A DNA stretch of 64,000 bases from an uncultured Rivularia sp. GTDB lineage: Bacteria; Cyanobacteriota; Cyanobacteriia; Cyanobacteriales; Nostocaceae. The number at the start of each line of letters is the position of its first letter. Position 1 is the stretch's first letter. Positions 43,915-54,667 of the stretch are shown in pieces. The notes below the pieces were generated by a model. That model was not told the DNA's origin and did no database searches. It was given only the letters and a program-made list of their open reading frames with translations. Where the stretch lies: positions 2,112,001 through 2,176,000 of the forward strand of contig OY762007.1 in NCBI GenBank assembly GCA_963665115.1. Reading direction: 5' to 3'. The position numbers and the translations under genes were made by a program.

Positions 43915-44571
43915 AGGACAATCTTACTTACGTGTATATACTTATTTTTTTAATTAAATTTGGATTAATATTAAATTAATGTTTTTGTCCAAAGTAGAAT
44001 TACGTAAAAATCGACTTTGCCAAAGAAAAATTAATCTTTAGAGTGAAGACAACTTTACAATTCAGATATCATCTAAATAATTGGTAATACTAACAGATAC
44101 CTATCTACATCTGCCTTTAGTTAGACGTAGGGTATAAACCCAATAGCATGAGTATCTATTCGTGGTTTTTCTTCAAGCTATCTTAATATATTGAGTAGAA
44201 TTACGGTGTATTTTGATTCACAAACTAAGATGAATACTGGAAATTGTTAATGGTTATCAATTTTTAATTAAACCTTCATTAGAGAAAATAACTAAAAAGA
44301 GATAATTAATGTTGCCATTGTGGCAGATTTTACAAAAATTAATCTCTCAAAACAAATTAATCAGTAACTGTACGTCAGTAAAAAAAAGATAGATTTGAGG
44401 TCTTATTTTTATCTAGCTGATTAGTTCTACAAGAGTATACTTAGAGATTTCTGATATATTTGAAGATAAAGATAAATATTCTTGAATAAGCGCGATCGCA
44501 CCTCAAGGAATAAGGTATCTAAATCTAAAAAATGTAATTTATGATACCTCTGTTTTATGCGACTAAATCAA

Positions 44572-46741
44572 TTAAAAGTCTCGGAGTGCGAATTCATAGC
44601 GATTTCTTCCAAGATGCTTAGCACGATACATCGCAGCATCAGCTTGTTTTAGTAACATTTCGCAATTGTCAGCAGTATTTGGATAAATACTGATACCGAT
44701 ACTCGCAGAAACTGTGGCACTATGACTTTCCAGAGTAATTGGTTTCTGTAAGACTATTAAGGATTTTGTCCGCGATTTTAGCAGCCACTTGTGGCTTAGG
44801 GATTTTGCGTAAGATAATAGTGAACTCGTCCCCACCCAACCGTGAAACAGTATCGCTACCGCGCAAGCAATTACTAAGTCTTTGAGCGACTGTAACCAAT
44901 AGTAAATCGCCCATTTTATGCCCTAAAGAGTCATTTACCTGCTTAAATCCATCTAAATCGACAAATAATAATGCCAATAGGCAATTACCGTTTTTTGCCC
45001 ATAATAGAGACTCATAAAGTTCTTCAGCAAAAGCTTTGCGATTTGGTAAGCCCGTAAGAGCATCGTGATAAGCTATATAACGCAAATGGTCTTCTTGAAA
45101 TTTACGTTCGGTAATATCACGAATTATTCCCACTAAAAATAAATTTCCTGCTGAATCTTTATGAAGCGAACGTTTGGTAGCAATTAGATGAAGCTTGCCA
45201 TTTATATCCGTCAACTTTTCTTCATTCTCTATAAATTTGTGAGTCTTAAAAACCTGTTCATCATTTTTGATGAAAACATCCGCTTCATGCTTAGGAAAAA
45301 ACTCATAATCGAACTTACCGATTAATTTATTTTGTGGAAAACCGATCAAATTACAGTATGCATCGTTTAAAACAATCCATTGATGCTTTTCGTTTTTAAC
45401 AAAAATGGGATCTGCAACTGTATTGATAACTTGCTGCAAAAAATCTTTAGATCGTTTAAATTCTTCTTGTGTATGAGCAATTTGGCTAGTAATAACGATT
45501 ACTGAAGCAATATAAGTTATTAATGTAGGAATTAAAGGTATCCACCAGCCTTCTAAAAACAAAAGATAGGCACAAACTGTAAAGATAAAACTAATAAATA
45601 ATATTAATAATATGTTCTTACTTGAACTCCTAATCCGCCACCTAGTTATTGCCCCTATATAAGCCCAAATTGCAATGCATAAATATTCTACTGGTTCCGA
45701 CCAAACTCGCAATAATTTTCTTCCCCCAAGTGATGCAGAAATAATTTCATCAATAAAATAAGCTTGCAGTTCTACACCAGCTATAGACTCTGGCTCTCCA
45801 ACCATAAAACTACTTGAGTATGGAATAAATTTTAAATCTAACAAGCTTGGTGCAGTCGAACCGATAAGAACAATACGATCTTTAATCCAGTTTTCAGGTA
45901 GCTTCTTATTCTCATCTAATACATCTTTCAAAGGTATTGTGCGAAAGCCATAAGAACTATCGCCACAGCCTTCAGAGCAAGCTGGCTTAGGAAAGTTAGA
46001 TAAAAACTGATAGCCACCATCATCGGCATTTACATAGCCTCCGTCATTATTTTTAAATCGAATAAATTTAGCTTTACCTAATTGTAAGTATTCAGAATTT
46101 TTTGCATTTTTAGGTACAACATTCTCCTTTTTTAAATAAAGCCGCGCTAATTTCAAGGCAAAGCTTTCGTATTCTTTTTCTTTACCCTCAAGATGAGCGT
46201 ATAGCAGACCGCGACGCACTTTACCATCAGCATCCCGTATCGTGTTATTAACACCTACCTGACCCCTTTTACTTAATACGGCTGGTGGGTTAACCCGACT
46301 GTTTTGACTATCTGAGAGTAATTCAATGCCAATTAAATTCGGCATTGAATTAAATGCTTTCTCAAGTTCTTTTTCACCAGGTGGTACTGCTAAATCTCTA
46401 TAAATATCTAAACCAATAGCACGAGGTTGATAACTATCTATTGTCTGTAACAATTTAGCAATATAGCGGTCGGAAATTGGCGAGCCGAATTTACGTAAAG
46501 AAGCTTCATCTATAGCTACTATGGTAATTCGCTCTTGAGAAGCTTCAATTGGACGCAATTGAAAAAACTGGTCTAAAGTAGCCCATTCTAAAGGTTGTAA
46601 TAATCCCAAGTAGCGCAATATAAGTACGCAAAGTACTACACCAGAAGCGGTAATTAATTCTCTATATCTTCTGAAAATTTTTTGCTGTAGTGCAAAGATA
46701 GATATTTGTAAATCTTTGCCGATTTTTTTTCTTATTCCCAT
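44572..46741 (-). CDS. CHASE2-TM-PAS-GGDEF diguanylate cyclase, frameshifted at 44743-44745
   Basis: RITIVAIDE, PRAIGLDIYRD, KDRIVLIG, GVELQA (CHASE2); 3 TMs; PAS; HDALTGLPNR, RLGGDEF; deleting one base gives LTEPITLESHSATVSASIGIS...ADAAMYRAK. Confidence 0.9.
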
Positions 46742-46963
46742 TAGCCGAGCGGGAGAAACTTTTTCAAATTAATTAAAACCGATATTTTCAAGGTACTAAC
46801 TGTACTTTGCTGCTAGATATTAAATAAAATCAGACCAAACATCTAAATATATTTTTTTATTAGATGTATGGATGAGAATTAAATTGTTCTAGTTATTTAC
46901 TAAATTTATTAGAGGCGTTTTAGCAGAACATGGTTCCCTAAAGACTTACATCTTTTACATTTA

Positions 46964-47040
46964 TAGTCGTTTCAAATAAAAACAGATGGTAGTAGGAGTC
47001 GAACAGCTAACTTTACTACGCAAATTATTTTAAACGACTA
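46964..47040. mobile_element. Small MITE with TA flanks
   Basis: TA|TAGTCGTTTCAAATAA...TTATTTTAAACGACTA|TA. Confidence 0.65.
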
Positions 47041-47554
47041 TAGTGCAAACGATTATATTTACGAACTAACAGTAACTGTTATTCGTTACCCATAATCATT
47101 GGTTAGTATAAGTACTGATAGCACATAGTTAAATAGTACTTACATAAATAGGCTATCGGCAAGTATTAAATCGTGAATAATTAACATTACACTTTTAGTT
47201 TTTGAGTGATATTTTATACTTATAAACATATTCCGTAGCAGTTTAAAATAATTGCAATTACTGCTTTATTCCTTTATAAACATAGCTTTGAGATAGATGA
47301 TAGCTGAACATACTCTTAAGTATTTAGAACGATAAATACTTTTTACTTATTACAATTAATACTACTAAGAAAAAAATACTGAAATATATAGATTCAACAG
47401 ACATCTATTTTTTAAATCTAGATATGTGTATTGCGACCTTATTCTCAATAATCTTTGATACTTATCCATTAGCAAAACCACATATCTACAAATCGCGGAC
47501 TGACTTGTTCAGCTCTTACTCAGCGACAATAGTAAATATAGTGTTCTAAAGATA

Positions 47555-47749
47555 AGTAGCTCGGCGTGAATAAATAAAATTATGATTTGTCATTGCGTTA
47601 CCCGAATAGTGAGGCAAGCTGAACATGGAGTGTTCCATTCGAGGGAATGGAGGCACGACGACGCATTCACCTTTATGTGCGGTTCATCCCAATCGTTTTG
47701 AGGTTTTTACTTTTCGTTACATAGTTATATTTATTAGTGCCAACCTACT
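47555..47749. mobile_element. MITE with TA flanks (IS630-like target)
   Basis: TA|AGTAGCTCGGCGTGAATAAAT...ATTTATTAGTGCCAACCTACT|TA imperfect TIRs with a more GC-rich hairpin interior. Confidence 0.65.
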
Positions 47750-47946
47750 TATACGTAATTTTTAGTTAGTTACTAAAAAAAACAATTGGAATAACTTATA
47801 CTGAAATTTCCTTTAAGCCTAAGTACGGGGAATATCAATATAGCACCTGCTTTAGAGATATAGAAAAAAGCCAACAAAAGTAGAGACTCCTGTTGACTTA
47901 GAACCTTAATTTTTCGTACCTTTTAAACCAATAGGTCAAAAGATAA

Positions 47947-48972
47947 TTAACGATTCAGATAATACTTGAAATTAGTTGGGCCTTTATAACCAGAAAGTTT
48001 TGCTAGTTCATCAAGATTCTTGGCACCTTGATAGGTTTTTCCGTTTATTTTCCAAGTAGGATAGCTTTGAATCCCAGCTGTTTTACACTCCGGTTTCACA
48101 TTGTTAGGATTATCGGCAGGAGCGCAATCTGTATGGGGAACTTCTTCATAAGCTTCCTTACCAAACAATAGCTTTTGGTCGTGGCAATGAGGACACCACC
48201 AGGCAATATACTCTTTGGCTCCAATATCTTTGAGGTGACGCGCTAATGCTATTTCTGCTTCTCCGGAAGTGGTTGTAACTTCCCAACCAACTCCTGGTTG
48301 AGGAGGATTATCTCTAGTAGGATTAAAAGTGATTTTTCCATCTTCAGCCACTATTGCAGCTTTAGCAGGATCGGTTCCGGGTTCAGATCCATCAGGTGTA
48401 ACACCAGCATAAACGCCTAATGTCCCGATCAGCGTTACCATTCCCACAATAATTGCAGTAAAGAATATTTGCCCTATGTCTTCCCAAATACGGCCAATAA
48501 TTGTTAGCACCAGCATCGTTAAAGAAAACAAAGCCGATGCAATACAGTAGGGACAAAGCGTCTGAATTTTGCTAAATAACACATACATTAAATAGCTGCT
48601 GAAAACCGTCATGGAAATCGAGCCGATCAACAGAAACATCCATGTCAAGTTTTCCAGCTTTAGACGCTGTTCTTTATTTTCTCCGCCTTTTAAAAGTAAA
48701 GGCGCAACAGCAAACACCAGCATACTGAAATATGCGAGAAATCCGAATAACGCTAATGGCTGTCCGAGAACTTCTGCCCAGGGGCTAGAAAGAACGCTAT
48801 TACATCCAGCACCCGTACCCGCACCAGCAGAAGAAGCGTTACAAGCAACTTGTTCTCCACTCAACTTAACTATAGTCAGATAACCCGTTACTAAAGCGCC
48901 GCAGGAAGCGATTCCTGCAATTAATAAGCGAGAGAAACGATGAATCCAAGGAGTAGAACGACGACGAATCAT
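47947..48972 (-). CDS. VKOR-thioredoxin fusion (thylakoid disulfide-forming enzyme)
   Basis: C...C.SVLSSPWA, CPYC in the membrane domain; WCPHC and GIQSYPTW thioredoxin-like domain. Confidence 0.92.
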   Translation of the reverse strand: MIRRRSTPWIHRFSRLLIAGIASCGALVTGYLTIVKLSGEQVACNASSAGAGTGAGCNSVLSSPWAEVLGQPLALFGFLAYFSMLVFAVAPLLLKGGENKEQRLKLENLTWMFLLIGSISMTVFSSYLMYVLFSKIQTLCPYCIASALFSLTMLVLTIIGRIWEDIGQIFFTAIIVGMVTLIGTLGVYAGVTPDGSEPGTDPAKAAIVAEDGKITFNPTRDNPPQPGVGWEVTTTSGEAEIALARHLKDIGAKEYIAWWCPHCHDQKLLFGKEAYEEVPHTDCAPADNPNNVKPECKTAGIQSYPTWKINGKTYQGAKNLDELAKLSGYKGPTNFKYYLNR

Positions 48973-49232
48973 AAGCTAAAACATTATTAATTGGGATTAA
49001 TATATCGGTTAAAGGGAATAATGTCGGAAGCATTATTCTAAATCTATATACAGTTCCGTAATTAAAATCGGATTGCTATAGCTTAATGTAGTTAAAATTA
49101 AGATTAGCTGCAAGAATCCGAAATTACTTTTAGGTTAACTAGATTTGAAATAAATAACCCTCAAGTATTCAAAAAACAGATTTGTTAATAACTACTACAA
49201 ATGCAAACCACCATTATTCCCAATTTCCGCAT

Positions 49233-50081
49233 TTAAGAATGTCGCTTTAAAGAAGATGCTGATTCGGTTCTCGCTCCTACATTAAAATTTTGCCAAGCAG
49301 CCTCTACAAACTGACTGACACGAATTGGATCTATTGTTTGGTCGCGATTACCGTGGCGTTTCAAAGAACTGGAAACTATTACACCATCAGCAGCTTGCAT
49401 AAGTGTAGCAATATTATCCCAACTAGCTCCACTACCAACAAATACTGGGGTACCTTTTGCTGCTCTTGATGCTAGTTCCAAATCCTCGGGATTCGGAGGA
49501 TCGCCTGTAGCCCAACCCGACAAAATTACTGCATCTGCTAATCCACGCTCAATGGTGTCTTGGACGGCAGTAGTTAAATTGACCGAACCTAAAGGGCGAG
49601 CGTGCTTCACCAATACATCCGCTATAATTTTCACCTCACTACCCAATTCTCGACGGTATCTTAATAATTGGTGCGCTTCTCCTTCGATTAATCCTTGATC
49701 TGTTGCCATTACCCCAGTCAACACGTTAACGCGGATAAATTGCGCTCCAGTACAACTTGCAATAGCGATCGCACTGTGAGCGTCGTTCCGCAATACGTTT
49801 AAACCTATAGGCAAAGTAATCAGATTTTGTATTCGCTGAACTACAACAGTCATCGCACTTACAACCGCCGGATCTACCCGATTCTTAGCAAACGGCGCAT
49901 CAAAAAAATTCTCAACAATAATGCCGTCAATTCCGCCACTAGCGAGGGCGACTGCTTCTTGTTCGGCACGGTCGATTACCGCTTTGAGACTACCTCCCCA
50001 ACGCGGTGAAGTTGGCAGCGGTAACAAGTGAACCACACCAATAATCGGTCTTCGTGTTTTAAATAAATGATATAAATCCAC
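49233..50081 (-). CDS. btpA: Photosystem I biogenesis protein BtpA
   Basis: IIGVVHLLPLP, VENFFDAPF, GLNVLRND, ADVLVKH; GTG at 50081 preferred over the track's upstream start. Confidence 0.92.
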   Translation of the reverse strand: MDLYHLFKTRRPIIGVVHLLPLPTSPRWGGSLKAVIDRAEQEAVALASGGIDGIIVENFFDAPFAKNRVDPAVVSAMTVVVQRIQNLITLPIGLNVLRNDAHSAIAIASCTGAQFIRVNVLTGVMATDQGLIEGEAHQLLRYRRELGSEVKIIADVLVKHARPLGSVNLTTAVQDTIERGLADAVILSGWATGDPPNPEDLELASRAAKGTPVFVGSGASWDNIATLMQAADGVIVSSSLKRHGNRDQTIDPIRVSQFVEAAWQNFNVGARTESASSLKRHS

Positions 50082-50494
50082 GTCTTTTTTTTTTACGGAC
50101 TTTGTGTGGTTTCCCCGAACGAACAACGCTCATTTGCGCGAATATCTCATAGAGCAACAGTTAGAGTTGCTACAACCGATATTCCTTCATGTATTCTGTT
50201 TTATAAGCAGAACTCAGAAAATACCGGGCGTAAACCTTTAGTACAGGAATTAACCTTTTCAAACAGTGATTCGTACTCTGCTCGCGCAGGTTTAACCAAG
50301 CAAAAAAACACACGAAGACTATTTTACCTGGATTACCGCTATCTCTTAATCTTCATACAAATAAATTTTTCAATTACTCTTTTTAAGTAGGCGGCAATAT
50401 GGGGGTAATTTTCTTTGTAAAATGCTTATATAAATTAGATAAGATACCTCCTCCTTGAGATGTAATTTGGCAAAAATTTTTTCATAAGATATGT

Positions 50495-51020
50495 TAAGAT
50501 AAAACTTGATACAAGAGGAGTCTGCCGCTCATCGATGCAGCGGCTTGCAGCTTTACTTATAACAGTGTAAGGCGGCAACGGATACAGGTAATCGCTCGGT
50601 AAAGAGGTAACATTACCGCTGATTAAAGCGTAACTCAGCCTGGGATTACATCATAAGGTAGCGACTTCTCTACATAAACCGACTTTGGTCGGATGCTTCC
50701 TAACGATTAAATCAGTATTGTACGAACTGCGGTAATGTGAAAAACCATTCTTATAACAGTATGTAAAAGAAAAATACAACAGACCGAACAGTAGTGAAAA
50801 CTATTTAATATCTATGTGTAATTAAAAATACATGGGGTACCATAGCACAATCTTCTTAATTCCCGAGATAGATAAAACCGTTATTTATAGTTGGTTTTTA
50901 TCAGGTAAAAAGAGTAGGCTGAGCATCAATGAGTTTTGCGATTTTTTATGGCAAAATTCCGTGACCTCGCCGGCGATCGCTTAAACGTTCAACTCGAAAC
51001 AGCAAAATATCTTTTATAAT
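50495..51020 (+). promoter_or_regulatory. Putative promoter and long structured 5' leader of rimO-crhR
   Basis: TAAGAT -10-like box at 50495; several complementary segments (see findings); no convincing ORF. Confidence 0.45.
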
Positions 51021-52343
51021 ATGGGTGATAAGCCAACAATCGCAATTTCTCACCTTGGGTGCGAGAAAAATCGGATTGATACAGAGCATATGCTCGGTCT
51101 GCTGGTAGAAGCAGGTTACGGCGTAGATAGCAATGAAGAGTTAGCCGATTACGTTATTGTCAATACTTGTAGTTTTATCGCAGCAGCGCGAGAAGAGTCT
51201 GTTAAAACTTTAGTAGAATTAGCAGAGGCAGATAAGAAAATAGTAATTACTGGTTGCATGGCGCAGCATTTCCAAGAGCAGTTATTGGAAGAGTTGCCTG
51301 AAGCAGTAGCAGTTGTAGGTACGGGCGATTACGATAAGATCGTAAATGTTCTACAGCGAACCCAGCTTGGCGAACGTGTCAAGGAAGTAAGTGCCGAACC
51401 AACTTTTATTGCCGATGAAAAAACGCCTCGCTATCGGACTACTTCAGAAGGTGTAGCTTACTTAAGGGTTGCTGAAGGATGTGATTATCGTTGCGCGTTT
51501 TGTATAATTCCTCATCTGCGGGGAAACCAACGTTCGCGTACCATTGAATCAATTGTTGCTGAAGCAGAACAGTTGGCATCTCAAGGAGTAAGGGAGATAA
51601 TATTAATTTCCCAGATAACTACAAATTACGGTATAGATATTTACGGTAAGCCGCAGTTAGCAGAATTACTTCGCGCTCTGGGTAAAGTGAATGTACCGTG
51701 GATTAGGATGCATTATGCTTATCCAACGGGGCTAACCCCAGATGTAATTGCGGCTATAAAAGAAACAGAAAATGTTTTACCTTATTTAGATTTGCCATTA
51801 CAGCATTCCCACCCTGAAATTCTTCGCGCAATGAATCGTCCCTGGCAAGGACAGGTAAACGATACAGTTATTGAAAATATCAAGCAGGCATTGCCAAATG
51901 CCGTATTGCGAACAACCTTCATTGTGGGTTTTCCTGGCGAAACAGACGAGCATTTCGTGCATCTACGCCAGTTTGTTGAGCGTCACGAGTTTGACCATGT
52001 GGGTGTTTTCACTTTTTCACCGGAGGAAGGAACAAAAGCGTATAATCTACCGAATCAATTGCCGCAAGAAATAATGGATCGGCGGCGAGATATATTAATG
52101 CAAATTCAGCAGCCAATTTCCCTGAAAAACAATCAACAGGAAGTTGGCAAAGTAGTTGATGTGTTAATTGAGCAAGAAAATCCCATTCGGGGAGAGCTAA
52201 TAGGTCGTTCTAGTAGATTTGCTCCAGAAGTAGACGGACAAATATATGTTCGTGGGGAAGCAAGTTTAGGAAGCATCGTGCAAGTGAAAATTGACGCTGC
52301 GGATGCATACGACTTATATGGTGAAGTCGTAACAGTTTTTTAG
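51021..52343 (+). CDS. rimO: Ribosomal protein S12 methylthiotransferase RimO
   Basis: [35 protein letters not shown] domain. Confidence 0.95.
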   Translation: MGDKPTIAISHLGCEKNRIDTEHMLGLLVEAGYGVDSNEELADYVIVNTCSFIAAAREESVKTLVELAEADKKIVITGCMAQHFQEQLLEELPEAVAVVGTGDYDKIVNVLQRTQLGERVKEVSAEPTFIADEKTPRYRTTSEGVAYLRVAEGCDYRCAFCIIPHLRGNQRSRTIESIVAEAEQLASQGVREIILISQITTNYGIDIYGKPQLAELLRALGKVNVPWIRMHYAYPTGLTPDVIAAIKETENVLPYLDLPLQHSHPEILRAMNRPWQGQVNDTVIENIKQALPNAVLRTTFIVGFPGETDEHFVHLRQFVERHEFDHVGVFTFSPEEGTKAYNLPNQLPQEIMDRRRDILMQIQQPISLKNNQQEVGKVVDVLIEQENPIRGELIGRSSRFAPEVDGQIYVRGEASLGSIVQVKIDAADAYDLYGEVVTVF

Positions 52344-52444
52344 CTTTAAATTTTGGCTATTAGTTATCAATTTTGCTGGACTAGTAGGCAAAAAATTAAC
52401 GCAAATGATGATTTATTGAAGATTAAACTTAGAACATAGGAGAA

Positions 52445-53974
52445 TTGATGAGTCTTACTTTTGAAGATTTAGGAATTTCAGAACAACGCCTTGCACAATT
52501 AGAGAAATTAGGTTTTAGCACACCTACAAATATTCAGGAACAGGCAATCCCGCAACTGTTATCTGGTCGCGATGTAGTCGGTCAATCCCAGACTGGAACG
52601 GGTAAAACAGCAGCATTTTCTTTACCAATTTTAGAAAAGCTAGATGCCGATCGCAAAGCAGTACAGGCAGTAGTTTTAGCTCCAACTCGCGAGTTAGCAA
52701 TTCAGGTTCATAGTGCTGTTTCTGAGTTTGTCGGCAGTCAAAGATTGAAAATATTGGCAATTTATGGTGGTCAATCAATTGACCGTCAAATGATGGCGCT
52801 TAAGCGCGGCGTTCACGTTGTCGTAGGAACTCCTGGACGAGTAATTGATTTACTAGATCGGGGTTGTTTGAAGCTCGACCAGGTGAAATGGTTTGTATTG
52901 GATGAAGCTGATGAAATGTTGAGCATGGGCTTCATTGACGACGTAGAAAAAATTCTTTCACGGGCACCAAAAGAACGTCAAACCGCGCTATTTTCGGCAA
53001 CAATGCCTCCGTCAATTCGCCAGTTGGTGAATAAATACTTAAACGATCCCGTAACAGTGACGGTTCAACAGCCAAAAGCGGCTCCGAATAAAATCAATCA
53101 AGTCGCTTACTTGATACCGCGTCATTGGACGAAAGCAAGAGCTTTGCAGCCGATATTAGAGATGGAAGATCCCGAAACGGCGTTAATTTTCGTTCGTACC
53201 CGACGCACCGCAGCAGAACTAACAAATCAGTTGCAAGGAGCAGGTCATAGCGTAGATGAATATCATGGCGATTTGTCCCAGCAAGCGCGGGAAAGATTAT
53301 TAGGACGCTTCCGCAATCATCAAGTTCGCTGGGTTGTAGCAACTGATATTGCTGCAAGAGGTTTGGATGTTGACGAACTTACCCACGTGATCAACTTTGA
53401 TTTACCTGATAGTGTAGAAACTTACGTTCACCGTATTGGTCGTACTGGTAGAGCCGGAAAAGAAGGAACCGCGATTTCTTTGGTACAGGCATTCGAGCGA
53501 CGCAAACAGCAAGTTATCGAACGCCATAACAAGCAGAGCTGGCAAATGCTTTCGATTCCAACCCGCGCTCAAATTGAAGCCAAACAGTTGGAAAAACTGC
53601 AAGTTCAGGTTAAAGAAGCTTTAAGTGGCGAACGTTTGGCTTCATTTTTACCGATAGTGCGCGAACTAAGTGAAGAATATGATGCTCATGCGATCGCAGC
53701 AGCAGCATTACAAATTGCTTACGATCAAACCCGTCCGGATTGGTTAAAAGCAGACAGCATACCCGAAGAGGATGCAAAGAATTTTGCTTCACCAAAACCC
53801 AAACTACGTGGTGGTGGATCGCGTCGCTCAAATGGGGATAGAGGTCGTCGTTGGTCGGAAGGCAAAAATAGAGATGGAAAACGTGGTGGCAATGGCGGTG
53901 GTGGTGCAACCTCCAAGCCAAAACTAAAATCAAACCATCGGGAAACATCTTCTAGTGCTGCAAAAGAATCATAA
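52445..53974 (+). CDS. crhR: DEAD-box RNA helicase (CrhR/DeaD type)
   Basis: TGTGKT, PTRELA, DEAD, SAT, ARGLD, HRIGRTGR; synteny with rimO. Confidence 0.9.
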   Translation: MMSLTFEDLGISEQRLAQLEKLGFSTPTNIQEQAIPQLLSGRDVVGQSQTGTGKTAAFSLPILEKLDADRKAVQAVVLAPTRELAIQVHSAVSEFVGSQRLKILAIYGGQSIDRQMMALKRGVHVVVGTPGRVIDLLDRGCLKLDQVKWFVLDEADEMLSMGFIDDVEKILSRAPKERQTALFSATMPPSIRQLVNKYLNDPVTVTVQQPKAAPNKINQVAYLIPRHWTKARALQPILEMEDPETALIFVRTRRTAAELTNQLQGAGHSVDEYHGDLSQQARERLLGRFRNHQVRWVVATDIAARGLDVDELTHVINFDLPDSVETYVHRIGRTGRAGKEGTAISLVQAFERRKQQVIERHNKQSWQMLSIPTRAQIEAKQLEKLQVQVKEALSGERLASFLPIVRELSEEYDAHAIAAAALQIAYDQTRPDWLKADSIPEEDAKNFASPKPKLRGGGSRRSNGDRGRRWSEGKNRDGKRGGNGGGGATSKPKLKSNHRETSSSAAKES

Positions 53975-54358
53975 TCTTAAATTTAGATTTGGTCTTCTTG
54001 TAGAAGAATAATCTCTACTGGTTATTTGATTTGATATTTCATATAGAGCAAAACTAGTAGAGAAATCAAAAATTCATCCCTAAATTGGATGAAATTATCA
54101 AATATATCAGGTTCGTTTGATACTTAAGTTATTGACAAGGCTGTTAAAAACTGATATCTAGCGGGAAAAATTTGAACGGTTATTAGTTGAACTACAACCG
54201 AAGATAAATGTAGAAATCAATCGAACTTGATATTTAAAAAAAATTAAGCCAAGCGTGTTAAATCGCAAAGCAACTGGTTTCAATGCAAGCTTCATACTTC
54301 TGCATAGTTCAGAAGTAACTTAGAAGAAAGCAATGGAGCCAGTTATTGTTTTATAAGA

Positions 54359-54620
54359 AAGAGTTAGGAGTAGAGAGTAGGGAGTAGGGAGTTAGGAGTT
54401 AGGAATTTCAAATAAATTAACTATCAGGAGCGTTCGCATCTTGCTAGTTACCACCAGGGAGCGAGACGCTCCCACTACATTTTTATTCCCGATCAAAATC
54501 AGGAGTGTTCGCATCTTGCGTAGCTAATTACCACCAGGGAGCGAGACGCTCCCACTACATTTTTATTACCCATCAAAATTAATGTGGTGGAATATCAGGG
54601 AGCAAGATACGAACATTACG
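54359..54620. repeat. STRR plus tandemly duplicated ~75-bp REP unit
   Basis: (GGAGTTA/GGAGTAG)n, then ATCAGGAG.GTTCGCATCTTGC...CCACCAGGGAGCGAGACGCTCCCACTACATTTTTATT.CC at 54423 and 54498. Confidence 0.85.
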
Positions 54621-54667
54621 AAAATTAATTACAACAAATACATCTTTAACCTTTAACCTAACAATTA

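Noticed and set aside
54423..54580. Direct repeats resembling a mini CRISPR array
   Set aside because: Two whole-unit tandem copies with no unique spacers and no cas genes; it is a duplicated REP unit
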